Assembly: GCA_964539385.1 (NCBI GenBank)
Contig: CAZIJC010000007.1
Location: 1,193-65,192 of the forward strand
DNA length: 64,000 bases
Direction of reading: 5' to 3'
From: an uncultured Anaerolineales bacterium
GTDB taxonomy: Bacteria > Planctomycetota > Phycisphaerae > FEN-1346
The position numbers and the translations under genes were made by a program. Every line of letters starts with the position of its first letter. Positions within the stretch are counted from its first letter, which is position 1. The notes below the pieces were generated by a model that had not been told where the DNA came from, did no database searches, and worked only from the letters and a program-made list of their open reading frames with translations. This document shows, piece after piece, positions 8,990 through 20,583 of this stretch.

Positions 8990-10202
8990 CACGCAGACAA
9001 CCCGGCCTGCTGCACGCGAAGGCGGCGAGCCGCTGACCGGGCCGCCGCGAACCTACGGCGCCATCGTCTGGGGACAACTCAGGAAGCGCGCCAGCGCCAT
9101 GATCAGCCTTGCGGTCATCGTGGTCTTGGCGCTGGTGGCGATCCTTGCCCCGTTCATCGGCGGCGAGGTGCCGATCCGATGGGTCCAGGCCGGCGAGACA
9201 ACCTGGCCGATATTCCGCCACTTGACAAACAGCGAGTACGCGGCGATGGCCGGCTTTGCGCTGCTGCTCGCGCTGCCGGTGACCGTTCGGCGTCTGAGGC
9301 CGAGGTTCGAGCAGATAGGCGCGAGCCCGTGGGTTCGGGGGGTTCTGATTCACGGCGGCCTCTGGCTCGCCGTGACGGTCACGTTGGGCGTGTTCCGCGA
9401 GCCGGAGCGGCGATATGGCTTCTACCTGGAACGGGCGCACGAGGCCGACTCGTCCTGGTTCCCCCTCATCGCTTATCCCCGCCACCCCGGTTACCGGGAG
9501 TTGGAGATCAAGGAGCAGCCGCCGTCCTGGCAGCACCCTCTCGGGACCGGGCGCCTGGGAGATGACATTCTCATTGGCATTGTCTATGGCGCCCGGACGG
9601 CCATGTCGATCGGTTTCGTGGCGGTCGGCATCAGCATGACGATCGGCGTCCTCTTGGGCGCGCTGAGCGGGTACTTCAGCGGCTGGATCGACCTGGTGGT
9701 GATGCGCGTCGCGGAGATCTTCATGCTCATCCCGCGTCTGATCCTCATCATCATCATTCTGACGGTTATCCCGACGTGGATTCCACCGGTTTGGGCCGTC
9801 GTCGTCGTGCTCGGTGTAACCGGTTGGACGGGCTCCTACAGGATGATGCGAGCCCAGTTGCTCCAGATCCGCGGCGAAGATTACATGACGGCCGCCAGGG
9901 CCCTGGCCATTCCAACGTGGCGTCTGCTGGTTCGCCACGCTATTCCGAACGGCTTGGCGCCGATTCTCGTCGGCGCAGCCTTCGGTGTGGCTTCCGCCGT
10001 CTTCCTGGAGGCCACGCTGGCGTTTCTTGACCTCGTGGAAACCCCCAGTTGGGGAACTCTGCTTGTTGACGGCCGGCAGCACCTCCAGGATCTCTGGTGG
10101 GTCTGGGCGTCGGCCGGAACCGCTATCTTTGTGACCGTTTTCGTGTACAATCTGTTGGGCGAGGGCATCCGCGACGCCATCGACCCGCGATTGAAAGTGT
10201 AG
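8982..10202 (+). CDS. ABC transporter permease (OppC/DppC family) with an extended N-terminal region
   Basis: TTG start overlapping the previous stop by 8 nt. Conserved HPLGTGRLGDDIL motif and permease core. Confidence 0.85.
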   Translation: MSDTQTTRPAAREGGEPLTGPPRTYGAIVWGQLRKRASAMISLAVIVVLALVAILAPFIGGEVPIRWVQAGETTWPIFRHLTNSEYAAMAGFALLLALPVTVRRLRPRFEQIGASPWVRGVLIHGGLWLAVTVTLGVFREPERRYGFYLERAHEADSSWFPLIAYPRHPGYRELEIKEQPPSWQHPLGTGRLGDDILIGIVYGARTAMSIGFVAVGISMTIGVLLGALSGYFSGWIDLVVMRVAEIFMLIPRLILIIIILTVIPTWIPPVWAVVVVLGVTGWTGSYRMMRAQLLQIRGEDYMTAARALAIPTWRLLVRHAIPNGLAPILVGAAFGVASAVFLEATLAFLDLVETPSWGTLLVDGRQHLQDLWWVWASAGTAIFVTVFVYNLLGEGIRDAIDPRLKV

Positions 10203-10259
10203 CACAGCGCCGATGACGTGTTAGCCGCCGGGCTTGCCCGGCGCGTTTAGGGCAACACC

Positions 10260-11288
10260 GTGGGCAATACCGACAACAACATCCTACTGGGCGTCTCTGA
10301 ACTGACGACGCGCTTCTTCATCGACGAAGGCGTCGTTTACGCCGTCGAGGACGTCTCGTTCGAGATCCCGCGAGGCCGCACCGTCGCACTGGTCGGGGAA
10401 TCGGGCTGCGGCAAGACGGTGACGGCCCTGTCGATGCTGCGGCTGATCCCGGATCCCCCCGGCCGCATCGTCTCCGGCGCCCTCCGAATGGGCCAGACGG
10501 ACCTCATGGCCCTGGCGGAAGCCGAGATGCGCAAAGTTCGCGGCAACCGCATCTCGATGATCTTTCAGGAGCCGATGACCAGCCTCAACCCCGTCTTCAC
10601 GGTCGGCGACCAGATCCTCGAGGCCCTTATGCTCCACAAGAAGGTGGACAAGGCCGAGGCGCTTCAGCAGACCGTCGCCATGCTCCGCAAAGTCGGCATC
10701 CCCGACCCCGAACTGCGTGTGCGCGAGTATCCGCACCAGATGTCGGGGGGCATGCGGCAGCGCGTGATGATCGCCATGGCCCTGGTGTGCGGGCCGGAAC
10801 TGCTGATTGCCGACGAGCCCACCACGGCCCTTGACGTGACGATCCAGGCCCAAATCCTGGACCTGCTGCGGCAGTTGCAGGCCGAGATCGGCATGAGCGT
10901 CCTGCTGATTACCCACGACCTTGGTGTTGTGGCCGAGATGGCCCATCACGTGGCCGTCATGTACCTCGGACGCATCGTCGAAGAGGCCGAGATACGCGAA
11001 CTGTTCGACAACCCGCTCCATCCGTACACGGTGGGCCTGTTCCGCAGCCGCCCGACGCTCGAACGCGCCGGCGACGCCCTGGCCACGATCCCCGGACAGG
11101 TGCCGAGCCCGTTGGCGGTTCCCTCCGGCTGCCCGTTCCACCCCCGGTGCCCGGCGTCGGACGGGGCAAAATGCGTAACAGACCGCCCGCCTCTTGAGCC
11201 GAAGAAAGAAGGGCACGCCGCCGCCTGCTGGTACTCCGACCGCGTGGCCGAAGCACGCGCACAGGGCAAAACGCTCTACAAAACATGA
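10260..11288 (+). CDS. ABC transporter ATP-binding protein (OppD/DppD type)
   Basis: Walker A GESGCGKT, signature MSGGMRQR, Walker B LLIADEPT, and a C-terminal oligopeptide-type extension (GCPFHPRC). Confidence 0.95.
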   Translation: MGNTDNNILLGVSELTTRFFIDEGVVYAVEDVSFEIPRGRTVALVGESGCGKTVTALSMLRLIPDPPGRIVSGALRMGQTDLMALAEAEMRKVRGNRISMIFQEPMTSLNPVFTVGDQILEALMLHKKVDKAEALQQTVAMLRKVGIPDPELRVREYPHQMSGGMRQRVMIAMALVCGPELLIADEPTTALDVTIQAQILDLLRQLQAEIGMSVLLITHDLGVVAEMAHHVAVMYLGRIVEEAEIRELFDNPLHPYTVGLFRSRPTLERAGDALATIPGQVPSPLAVPSGCPFHPRCPASDGAKCVTDRPPLEPKKEGHAAACWYSDRVAEARAQGKTLYKT

Positions 11289-12298
11289 CACCAAACCCGA
11301 CAACGACTGAAACCCACGACGTGCTGCTCCAGGTCCGCGACCTCAAGACGCACTTCCCCGTCCGACGCGGACTCTTCGGCCGCACGGTCGCTCATGTCCG
11401 GGCCGTCGACGGCGTCTCGTTCCGACTGGCTGCCGGAAAGACGCTCGGACTGGTGGGCGAGTCGGGGTGCGGCAAGACGACGGCCGCACGCACCATCCTG
11501 CGGCTGATTCCGGCGACCGCGGGGTCCGTGCAATTCGCAGACCGCGACGTCTTTGACCTGCCGGCAGGCGAGATGCGGCACCTGCGACAGGACATGCAAC
11601 TCATCTTCCAGGACCCTTACGGCAGTCTGAACCCGCGGATGACGATCGGCGGCATTATCGGCGAGCCGCTGCGTGTTCACGGACGCGCCCGCGGACGCAG
11701 GCTCCAGAACCAGGTTGCAGAACTCCTCGACCGCGTCGGCCTCAGCCCGGCCTTCCGCAACCGGTACCCCCACGAGTTCTCGGGCGGACAGCGGCAGCGG
11801 ATCGGCATTGCCCGGGCCCTGGCACTGGAGCCGCGCTTCATCATTTGCGACGAGCCGGTCAGCGCCCTTGACGTCTCGATCCAGGCCCAGATCCTGAACC
11901 TGCTGGAGCGTCTCCAGAAGCAGTTGGGGCTGACCTACCTGTTCATCGCCCACGATCTGGCCGTCGTCAGCCACATCTCCGACGACGTGGCGGTGATGTA
12001 CCTCGGGAAGATCGTCGAGAAGGCGCCCAGCCGTCGCCTGTACGAGAAGCCGCTCCATCCCTACACGAAGTGCCTGATGTCGTCGATTCCCAAATCGCAT
12101 CCGGATGCCGCACGCGACCGCATCGTGCCTCGCGGCGAGGTCCCGAGCGCAACGAATCCGCCGCCCGGCTGCCCGTTCCATCCACGATGCCAGTGGGCGA
12201 TGGACCGGTGCAAGACCGACCGGCCTGCGCTTCTGCCGTTGCCGGATGACCCCGACCACGTCGTGGCGTGCCATCTTTATCACGAGGAGACCGCATGA
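11285..12298 (+). CDS. ABC transporter ATP-binding protein (OppF/DppF type)
   Basis: Walker A GESGCGKT, signature FSGGQRQR, Walker [21 protein letters not shown] tail. ATGA overlap with the previous gene. Confidence 0.95.
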   Translation: MTPNPTTTETHDVLLQVRDLKTHFPVRRGLFGRTVAHVRAVDGVSFRLAAGKTLGLVGESGCGKTTAARTILRLIPATAGSVQFADRDVFDLPAGEMRHLRQDMQLIFQDPYGSLNPRMTIGGIIGEPLRVHGRARGRRLQNQVAELLDRVGLSPAFRNRYPHEFSGGQRQRIGIARALALEPRFIICDEPVSALDVSIQAQILNLLERLQKQLGLTYLFIAHDLAVVSHISDDVAVMYLGKIVEKAPSRRLYEKPLHPYTKCLMSSIPKSHPDAARDRIVPRGEVPSATNPPPGCPFHPRCQWAMDRCKTDRPALLPLPDDPDHVVACHLYHEETA

Positions 12299-14151
12299 GA
12301 ACCCTTATCTTGCTCGCGGGCTTGGCGGCGGCGCACCTGTTGGTCGCTTCGGCAGGAGCAGCACCGCCCGAACCGGATCCTCCGGCGCTCGCGCTGCTGC
12401 CGCGCGAGGCCGTCGCGTTCTTCCTCGTTCCGAGCATCCGGACACTTGAGAAGGACCTGAAGCAATTTGCCGACCGGACCGGTTGGCAACTGGGGCGCGG
12501 CGAGCAGCCGGTGCTCGACGTGCTCACACGCCGCACCGGCATCCTGGAAGGCATCGACCCCGACGGCGCCGTCTGCATCGGCTTCATGGACCCGAAGCGC
12601 TTCCGGCAGCGTTACACGATCTACGTGTTGCCGGTCAAGGACTGGGACGCGCTGCTGAAGGTGACGCAGGGCGAAATGATGTCGCCCGGCCTGTACGCGC
12701 TGACGGGGACGGCGGGCCCGCGGTTTGTCGCTCGCCGCGGCAAGTTCGCGGTGGTCACGAGTTCCATCCGCACGATGGACGCGCTGGCCGGCACGGAGAG
12801 CCTGGTCGCGTCGCTGGCGCCCGAAACGCTCGCCCGCGCGAGGGCCGGGTCGCCCATGGTTTACGTGAACATGCACCGGCTGACGCAGATCTACGAGGTC
12901 GATATCGCATCGTGGTTCCGGGCTTCGAGCGGTCAGGTGTACGAGCAGCCGAACGCCGTCCCGTACGCCGACATCCTGGTGTCGTACATGCTGGGCATCG
13001 CGTCGTTCATCGACCAGATGGAGACGGCGGAAGCCGTCTTGCGCTTCGGGCCGGAAGGCCTGGCGGCCGACCTCTCGGTGCGATTCGTCGAAGGCGCCGG
13101 CGTGGCGGAGTTTATCTCGGCCCAGAAGCAGGGCGGCGTCGAGGTGCCCGTCCTGACGGATCGGCCGGTGGCCTCGGCCGTCTCGGTTCGCTTGGATTCG
13201 CAGAAGCGCACCGAGTTCGCCCTGCGGGCGACGCGGTTCTTCCTGCAATCGGCGCCGCGACCCGAGCCGCTGCCGGAACCCACGAAGGACACCGTGCAGG
13301 AGGCCGTTCAGACGTTTGTCGAATCGCTCGGCGAGAACATCACGTTCCTCTCGGCGCCGGCCCGGACGGGCATGGGCGTCGAGAGCGGCGTCAGCGTCTA
13401 TGAACTGAAGGACCCCGAAAAGTTTCGCCGCGGGGTGGAACTGTTGGCGACGGCGTGGGAACGCCTGGCCGACCAACTGCGCCTCTACCTGAAGTTCAAG
13501 GCCCTGCCGGATACCACCGATATCGCCGGCGTGCCGGTGATGACGTACGTGCCGCGTCTGCGGTTCGGACTCCCCGCGCGGCACCTGGACTTCCACAAGC
13601 GTCTGCGGATGCTGTACGGTCCGGAAGGTCTCGTCTATCGGGTGGCCATCGTGGGTAACCATGCGGTGGTGGCGGCGGGGAGCGACCTGACGCTGCTGCG
13701 AAGGACGATCGAGCGGCTGAAAATGGGCCGCGAGCCGGAACCCTCGCCTGCGCTGCGCCGTCTCGGCACCCACGTGTCGCGCGATCAGAACGTGCTGCTG
13801 GCGCTCAGCCTGCCGGTTTACCTGGGGCAATCGCTGACTCGCGGGGGCACCGCACCCGACCGCATCGGTACGATTGATCCCGGACACGAGTTCGTGGGCA
13901 TCGGCGTGCGGTTCCGCGGCGCCAGGGCCGACCTATCGACCTACTGGCCGCACGAGCAGATCCGCCTGGCGCGGGAACTGCTCGACCGGGCTGCCCCCGA
14001 GATCAGGGAGATTCCCGACTCGCTCTTCCAGCCCCAGAACGCAGCGCCGCCGAAACCCGGCGCCGAGATGACCCAACCGTTGTTCGTTCCGGGCGCCGCC
14101 CCGCCGCCTGTCGAAAAACCACCCACCCCCGGCGCAGCCGCCGCGCCGTAG
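12295..14151 (+). CDS. hypothetical secreted protein, 618 aa, Pro-rich C-terminus
   Basis: ORF 12268..14151 trimmed to Met10 ([22 protein letters not shown] signal peptide). ATGA overlap with the oppF-like stop. I recognise no family. Confidence 0.7.
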   Translation: MRTLILLAGLAAAHLLVASAGAAPPEPDPPALALLPREAVAFFLVPSIRTLEKDLKQFADRTGWQLGRGEQPVLDVLTRRTGILEGIDPDGAVCIGFMDPKRFRQRYTIYVLPVKDWDALLKVTQGEMMSPGLYALTGTAGPRFVARRGKFAVVTSSIRTMDALAGTESLVASLAPETLARARAGSPMVYVNMHRLTQIYEVDIASWFRASSGQVYEQPNAVPYADILVSYMLGIASFIDQMETAEAVLRFGPEGLAADLSVRFVEGAGVAEFISAQKQGGVEVPVLTDRPVASAVSVRLDSQKRTEFALRATRFFLQSAPRPEPLPEPTKDTVQEAVQTFVESLGENITFLSAPARTGMGVESGVSVYELKDPEKFRRGVELLATAWERLADQLRLYLKFKALPDTTDIAGVPVMTYVPRLRFGLPARHLDFHKRLRMLYGPEGLVYRVAIVGNHAVVAAGSDLTLLRRTIERLKMGREPEPSPALRRLGTHVSRDQNVLLALSLPVYLGQSLTRGGTAPDRIGTIDPGHEFVGIGVRFRGARADLSTYWPHEQIRLARELLDRAAPEIREIPDSLFQPQNAAPPKPGAEMTQPLFVPGAAPPPVEKPPTPGAAAAP

Positions 14152-14251
14152 ACCACGCCGTTTAACAGCGTCTACGGGGTCCGACATAACTCCCTTAAGG
14201 TTGGTGCGCGGCGGGTCCTGATCCAGGCAGGTCACAACGCGTCCCGACGCC

Positions 14252-14280
14252 TTGCGGCCGGTTGTGTTCACGCTTAGAAT
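14252..14280 (+). promoter_or_regulatory. candidate promoter for the sugar-binding lipoprotein gene (TTGCGG-N17-TAGAAT)
   Basis: Hexamers read directly from the sequence, about 50 nt upstream of the start at 14332. Confidence 0.35.
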
Positions 14281-14331
14281 CAGGACCAGCGGTCGTCGGG
14301 CCGCTCGGAAGACCGTGCAGGAGGTGCCACG

Positions 14332-15330
14332 ATGCGATGCCAACGGCTCAACCTTCTTCTCATCGGCACCATGTTGCTGCCGGCCGCCGGCTGCACCGAG
14401 GTTGAGGTTGAGGAACCGTCGGAGCCGAACGCCGCGAGGCCGCTGACCGTGGCCGTCATCCCCAAGGCCACGATGCACGTGTTCTGGAAGTCCATCCGCG
14501 CGGGGGCCAGAAAGGCCGAGCGCGAACTGCCCGGCGTCAAGATCATCTGGCAGGGGCCCGCCGTCGAGGACGACCGGGGCGCACAGATTGCCCTGGTCGA
14601 GACGTTTATCCAGAAACGTGTGGACGGCATCGTGCTGGCGCCGCTCGACGACAAGGCCCTCATCGCGCCGGTCCGTGCCGCAGGGCGGGCGGGCGTGCCG
14701 GTGGTCATCATCGACTCGGCCTTGGCCGACCCGGATGCCTACGTCAGTTTCGTCGCCACCGACAACGTCCAGGGCGGCCGCATGGCTGCTGAAAAGTTGG
14801 CCGCACTCCTGGGCGAGAGGGGCAACGTCATCCTCCTGCGGTATCAGGTGGGCAGCGCCTCGAACGAGAACCGCGAGAAGGGGTTCCTCGACGAGATGAC
14901 CCGCCATCCGGGAATCCGGATCGTCTCCAGCGACCAGTACGGCGGCCCGACGGTCGAGACGGCCCTGACGGCGTCGGAGGCGCTCCTGGCGAAGTTCGGC
15001 CAGGGGCAAGTCGACGGCATCTTCTGCCCGAACGAACCGCTCGCCTGGGGCATGCTGCGTGCCCTGGCGGCCGCCGGCCGAGCGGGCAAGATCAAGTTCG
15101 TCGCCTTCGACGCCTCCGACCGGCTACTGGACGCCCTCAAGGCACGCCGCCTCCACGCCCTCGTCGTCCAGGACCCCGTTCGCATGGCCTGCGAAGGCGT
15201 CCGGACCGTCGTATCCCACCTTCGCGGCCGGCCGGTCGAGAAACGCATCGACACCGGCGTGGTCCTCGTCACCCCCGACAACCTGGCCGACCCCGACATC
15301 CATCGCCTCGTCCATCCGGCGCTGGAGTAG
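14332..15330 (+). CDS. periplasmic sugar-binding lipoprotein (RbsB/LacI-type type-I binding fold), with no cognate permease or ATPase nearby
   Basis: Lipobox LLPAAGC. VAVIPKATMHVFW...VDGIVLAPLD...VVIIDS...ATDN..GG... is typical of ribose/galactose-type SBPs. Confidence 0.85.
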   Translation: MRCQRLNLLLIGTMLLPAAGCTEVEVEEPSEPNAARPLTVAVIPKATMHVFWKSIRAGARKAERELPGVKIIWQGPAVEDDRGAQIALVETFIQKRVDGIVLAPLDDKALIAPVRAAGRAGVPVVIIDSALADPDAYVSFVATDNVQGGRMAAEKLAALLGERGNVILLRYQVGSASNENREKGFLDEMTRHPGIRIVSSDQYGGPTVETALTASEALLAKFGQGQVDGIFCPNEPLAWGMLRALAAAGRAGKIKFVAFDASDRLLDALKARRLHALVVQDPVRMACEGVRTVVSHLRGRPVEKRIDTGVVLVTPDNLADPDIHRLVHPALE

Positions 15331-15499
15331 ACGCGCGGTAACGGCAACCGCCACGTTTGATCGCAAAAGTAGGCCTGACCTGCTGTTTCTCGGGCAGGGC
15401 GGGTCCACGCTGACCTCGAGTTAGCGTTGTAGATTCAGCGTGGGTGCAAAGCACCCACTCGACGCATGAGGTGCTTTCTGCCCAACCCCGAGAATCCTG

Positions 15500-15528
15500 T
15501 TGACGCGCCGCGCCGGTTCTTATATAGT
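15500..15528 (+). promoter_or_regulatory. candidate promoter for tkt (TTGACG-N17-TATAGT)
   Basis: Near-consensus -35 and -10 hexamers with 17-nt spacing, about 100 nt upstream of the tkt ATG. Confidence 0.5.
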
Positions 15529-15627
15529 CCGATACCGGCGGAGCGGGCAGACCCTGGATCTCGCCGGGGTTTGCCCGATGTCTTTTGCGGAGGGTGAGAA
15601 GTCGGGGGTACGAGAAGGAGACCTCGG

Positions 15628-17565
15628 ATGAGTTTCGCCGATGCCATTAACTACAAGGCGGTTCAAATGTGCCGCCGCGCGGTCGAGATGACCGCTGCCG
15701 CAGGGTCCGGCCATCCGAGTTCCGCCAACAGCCTCGCCCATATCACGGCCGTCCTCATGTACCACAAGATGCGGTACGACCTGGCGAATCCGTGGAACCC
15801 CAACAGCGACCGCTTGGTCCTTTCCGAAGGCCACGCGGTGCCCATCGTCTATGCGGCCTATGCCGACCTGGGCGGCGTCGTCGGGACCGACCCGGCCAGC
15901 GCCCGCAAGTTGACCGTTGAGGACCTCAAGACGCTCCGCGACATCCGGAGCGTGCTCGACGGTCATCCGAACCCGGCGATCGGGTTTCCGTTCTTCGATG
16001 CGGCCACGGGCTCGTTGGGGCAGGGCATCAGCGTGGCGGCGGGCATGGGCCTGGCAGCCCAACTGGACGGCAGCGACAGGGTCATCTACGTCCTGTGCGG
16101 CGACGGCGAGAGCCGCGAGGGCCAGATCTGGGAGGCACTCGATTTTCTGGCCGACCGCGGCCTGACGAACGTCCGCGTCGTCTTCAACTGCAACAAGATG
16201 GGCCAGAGCGATTACGTCAGCGGCCAGCAGAGCCACGAGACGCTCGCCGCCAAGGTCAAGGCGTACGGCCTGCACCCGGTCGCGATAAACGGTCACGATC
16301 CGGACGCGATCTTGAAGGCCCTGTCGCTCGCGCCGCCCGAAGGCAAGCCGGTCGTCGTCATCGCCAGGACGGTCAAGGGCTGGGGCGTGAGCGAACTCCA
16401 GCAGGTGGGCTACCACGGCAAACCGCTGACGGCCGAGGGGGCCGAAGCGGCGCTGGCGGAGTTGACCCTTCCCGAACCCCCGCCCGACATGCAACTGTGC
16501 CCCGCGGCGCCGAAAGGCGAGACTGCGGCGACCGAGAGCGGACCCGTTTCGATGCCCGACCCGGACTTCGTGAAACTGGCCGAGGGCACCAAGTTCGCCG
16601 ACGGCGCTGCCAAGGGCGAACTGGCCACCCGTCAAGCGTACGGCCTGACGCTGCTCGCCCTGGGGAAGGCGTCGGACCGGGTCGTGGCGCTCGACGGCGA
16701 CGTGTCGAACTCGACGTTCTCACAACTGTTCGGCCAGGCGTTTCCGGACCGATTCTTCGAGTGCCGCATCGCCGAGCAGAACATGATCTCGGCGGCCGCC
16801 GGGCTGGCGGCGACCGGCAAGATTCCGTTCGCCAACTCGTTCGCGAAGTTCCTCGTCCGTGCGTACGACCAGATCGAGATGGCGGCCTACACGTGCGCGA
16901 ACGTCAAGATCGTGGGCAGCCATTCGGGCATCAGCCTGGGCGCCGACGGGCCCAGCCAGATGGGCGTTGTCGATACGGCGTTCTTCGGGTCGCTGGCCGG
17001 CGTGACGACGCCGAAGGGGCATCCCGGGGCCGTGGTGCTGAACCCGTGCGACGCCATCAGCACGTATAAACTCACGTGCCTGATGGCCGACTACGAGGGC
17101 CTGGCGTACATGCGGACGCTTCGCCCGACGACGCCGCTTCTGTACGAGGCGGACGAAGCGTTCCGCCTGATCGGGCAGAAGGTGCTGGCCGAGGGCAAGG
17201 ACCTCGTGATCGTGTCGTGGGGTTACATGGTGCACGAGTCGCTGAAGGCGATCGAGGCCCTGAAGGCGGGCGGGATCGAGTGCGGCCTGGTGGACGCGTA
17301 CAGCCTGCCGCTGGCCGACGATTTCCTGGAGGCCGTCGGTGCGGGCGACGGCGCGACGCTGCTCGTGGTGGAAGACAATTACGGCGGCGGCCTGGGAAGC
17401 GCCGTGGCGGTAGCCGCCGGCGAGCGTGCGGATGTGAGCGTATCGACGATGACGCCCGAACGCATGCCGAAGTCGGGCAAATCGGCCGATGACGTTCTCG
17501 CGTACGTCGGCCTGGAGGGTGAGTCAATCTGCCGACGGGTCAGGGCGATTCTCGGAAAGGCCTGA
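15628..17565 (+). CDS. tkt: transketolase-family enzyme (fused N- and C-terminal halves)
   Basis: 645 aa. SGHPSS, LSEGHA, GDGE..EGQ.WEA (ThDP-binding), and the C-terminal pyrimidine-binding and transketolase-C regions. Confidence 0.85.
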   Translation: MSFADAINYKAVQMCRRAVEMTAAAGSGHPSSANSLAHITAVLMYHKMRYDLANPWNPNSDRLVLSEGHAVPIVYAAYADLGGVVGTDPASARKLTVEDLKTLRDIRSVLDGHPNPAIGFPFFDAATGSLGQGISVAAGMGLAAQLDGSDRVIYVLCGDGESREGQIWEALDFLADRGLTNVRVVFNCNKMGQSDYVSGQQSHETLAAKVKAYGLHPVAINGHDPDAILKALSLAPPEGKPVVVIARTVKGWGVSELQQVGYHGKPLTAEGAEAALAELTLPEPPPDMQLCPAAPKGETAATESGPVSMPDPDFVKLAEGTKFADGAAKGELATRQAYGLTLLALGKASDRVVALDGDVSNSTFSQLFGQAFPDRFFECRIAEQNMISAAAGLAATGKIPFANSFAKFLVRAYDQIEMAAYTCANVKIVGSHSGISLGADGPSQMGVVDTAFFGSLAGVTTPKGHPGAVVLNPCDAISTYKLTCLMADYEGLAYMRTLRPTTPLLYEADEAFRLIGQKVLAEGKDLVIVSWGYMVHESLKAIEALKAGGIECGLVDAYSLPLADDFLEAVGAGDGATLLVVEDNYGGGLGSAVAVAAGERADVSVSTMTPERMPKSGKSADDVLAYVGLEGESICRRVRAILGKA

Positions 17566-19149
<1,584 letters not shown>

Positions 19150-19205
19150 CCTGACGCGGCGCGAGGCCGGTGCGTGTGGCGGCTTCGTGCGCCAGAGGGT
19201 TCTGA

Positions 19206-19345
19206 GCGCGGCGGGTCTCCTGACCCGCCGTGCTACAGCCAAGCGCGGTGGGTCAGGAGGCCTACCGCGCAAGCCTACGGGCTGCGCAATAGCCAAGCGC
19301 GGTGGGTCAGGAGACCCACCGCGCAACCCTGGAGGCCCACCGCGC
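19206..19345. repeat. cluster of REP-like palindromes (family 1: GCGCGG[C/T]GGG-loop-CCC[G/A]CCGCGC), three full copies plus a half copy
   Basis: Copies at 19206-19233, 19243-19270 and 19297-19324, with a half copy at 19331-19345. AGCCAAGCGCGGTGGGTCAGGAG recurs with a 54-nt period. Confidence 0.85.
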
Positions 19346-19406
19346 AACCTGTTCGCGATCCGTTGGCATACCCAAGCGCGAACTGCTGTAGCCCGCGCGT
19401 GCCGGC

Positions 19407-20504
19407 TTACTGGCGGAGGGCGTCGGGATACCCCGGTTTCGAGACGCGCTCCTTGAGCGCCTCGAAATAGGCCTTGGCCCTGGTAAGGCAGATGGTGCGT
19501 TGGTTGTCGTTCCAGTGCCTGTTGGCGTCGCCGAGGTCGCGAACGCCCTGGATAACGGTCTGGAACGTCAGTTGGGCCCGCTGTTGGACGGTGGTTTGCT
19601 GGATGAGTCGCATGTAGGCCTCGACGGCCAGAGCGACCTTCGCCTCGTACGTCGGCTGGTTGGGGGTGGCCGTCGTTGCGGCGGCGACCGCCGCCGACCC
19701 GGCTTCGCTCAGCACAAGGCACAACTGCCGGTAGGCCGGGTACGTTGCCCTCAGGTGAGCCATGGCCTGGTCGTACTCGGCCTGGTTTTTGGGCCTCCAC
19801 TGAATCTCCTCGTCCGTCTTGGCTATGCCCACGAGGTATTGCAGGGCGATCATCCGCGCGTGGACGGCGTCGGCCAGTTGGGTGTCACTCCTGACGCCGG
19901 TGTTCCTGAGATACTCGAAGACCTCGGTGGGCACGGCGTACAGGCGGTAGGCTTCCTGGAACATGGCGCGGTTCTCGTGTTTTCTGCCCTCGGCAAGTGC
20001 GTTGGTGAATCGTTCCCTGGCGGCCGCAATCTGGCCGGTGTGGTAGGAAGAGGAGATGAAGTAGGTGATGATCACCATGAGGATGAGGAAGACGCCCGCG
20101 CCCACGAGGACGCCGGCTCTGCCGCCGGGCGTCAGTCGGGTGAACCAGTTGCCGCGCGCGCCGCCGTACATGATGCCGGTCGAAGCGGCCGAGGCGGCGG
20201 AGGGGCGGCCTGTGACGGCGGGCCGGGCGGTGGCGGTTGTCGGCTGCGCCGTTGGTACGACGGCATCCATCATGATGGTGTTGCAGTGTGGGCAGATCTG
20301 GCTGTCCACGGGGACGTCCTTGCCGCAACGCTTGCAGCGGCGCGAGGTCCGCTTGGTGGCGGCGGCGGGAATCTCGACGCCGCGCCCTTTTCCGCTGGGC
20401 ACCTTCAGGCTGCGCCGGCAGTTCGGGCACGTGACGACCGCGCCTGCGCGGTCGGACTCCACCACCATGCTCCGTCCGCACGGACACCGAAACAGGATTG
20501 ACAT
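19407..20504 (-). CDS. hypothetical membrane protein with two N-terminal CxxC zinc ribbons
   Basis: CPCG...CPNC and CKRCG...CPHC pairs, one TM helix (VLVGAGVFLILMVIITYFI), then an approximately 200-aa helical extracytoplasmic domain. Confidence 0.7.
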   Translation of the reverse strand: MSILFRCPCGRSMVVESDRAGAVVTCPNCRRSLKVPSGKGRGVEIPAAATKRTSRRCKRCGKDVPVDSQICPHCNTIMMDAVVPTAQPTTATARPAVTGRPSAASAASTGIMYGGARGNWFTRLTPGGRAGVLVGAGVFLILMVIITYFISSSYHTGQIAAARERFTNALAEGRKHENRAMFQEAYRLYAVPTEVFEYLRNTGVRSDTQLADAVHARMIALQYLVGIAKTDEEIQWRPKNQAEYDQAMAHLRATYPAYRQLCLVLSEAGSAAVAAATTATPNQPTYEAKVALAVEAYMRLIQQTTVQQRAQLTFQTVIQGVRDLGDANRHWNDNQRTICLTRAKAYFEALKERVSKPGYPDALRQ

Positions 20505-20583
20505 CGTGCTCTCCCTTGGGTGCGGTTGACCCGTTTGGCTCCCGGTCCTACTTTGTCAATTCAGGGCACACGTCCGTTGACGT

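Noticed and set aside
19206-19345. Possible mini CRISPR array, given the direct repeats with a 54-nt period after guaB.
   Set aside because: There are only about 2.5 units. The repeats are themselves long perfect palindromes shared with solitary copies elsewhere in the window. The 'spacers' are partly repeated too, and no cas genes or leader are present. This fits REP elements better.
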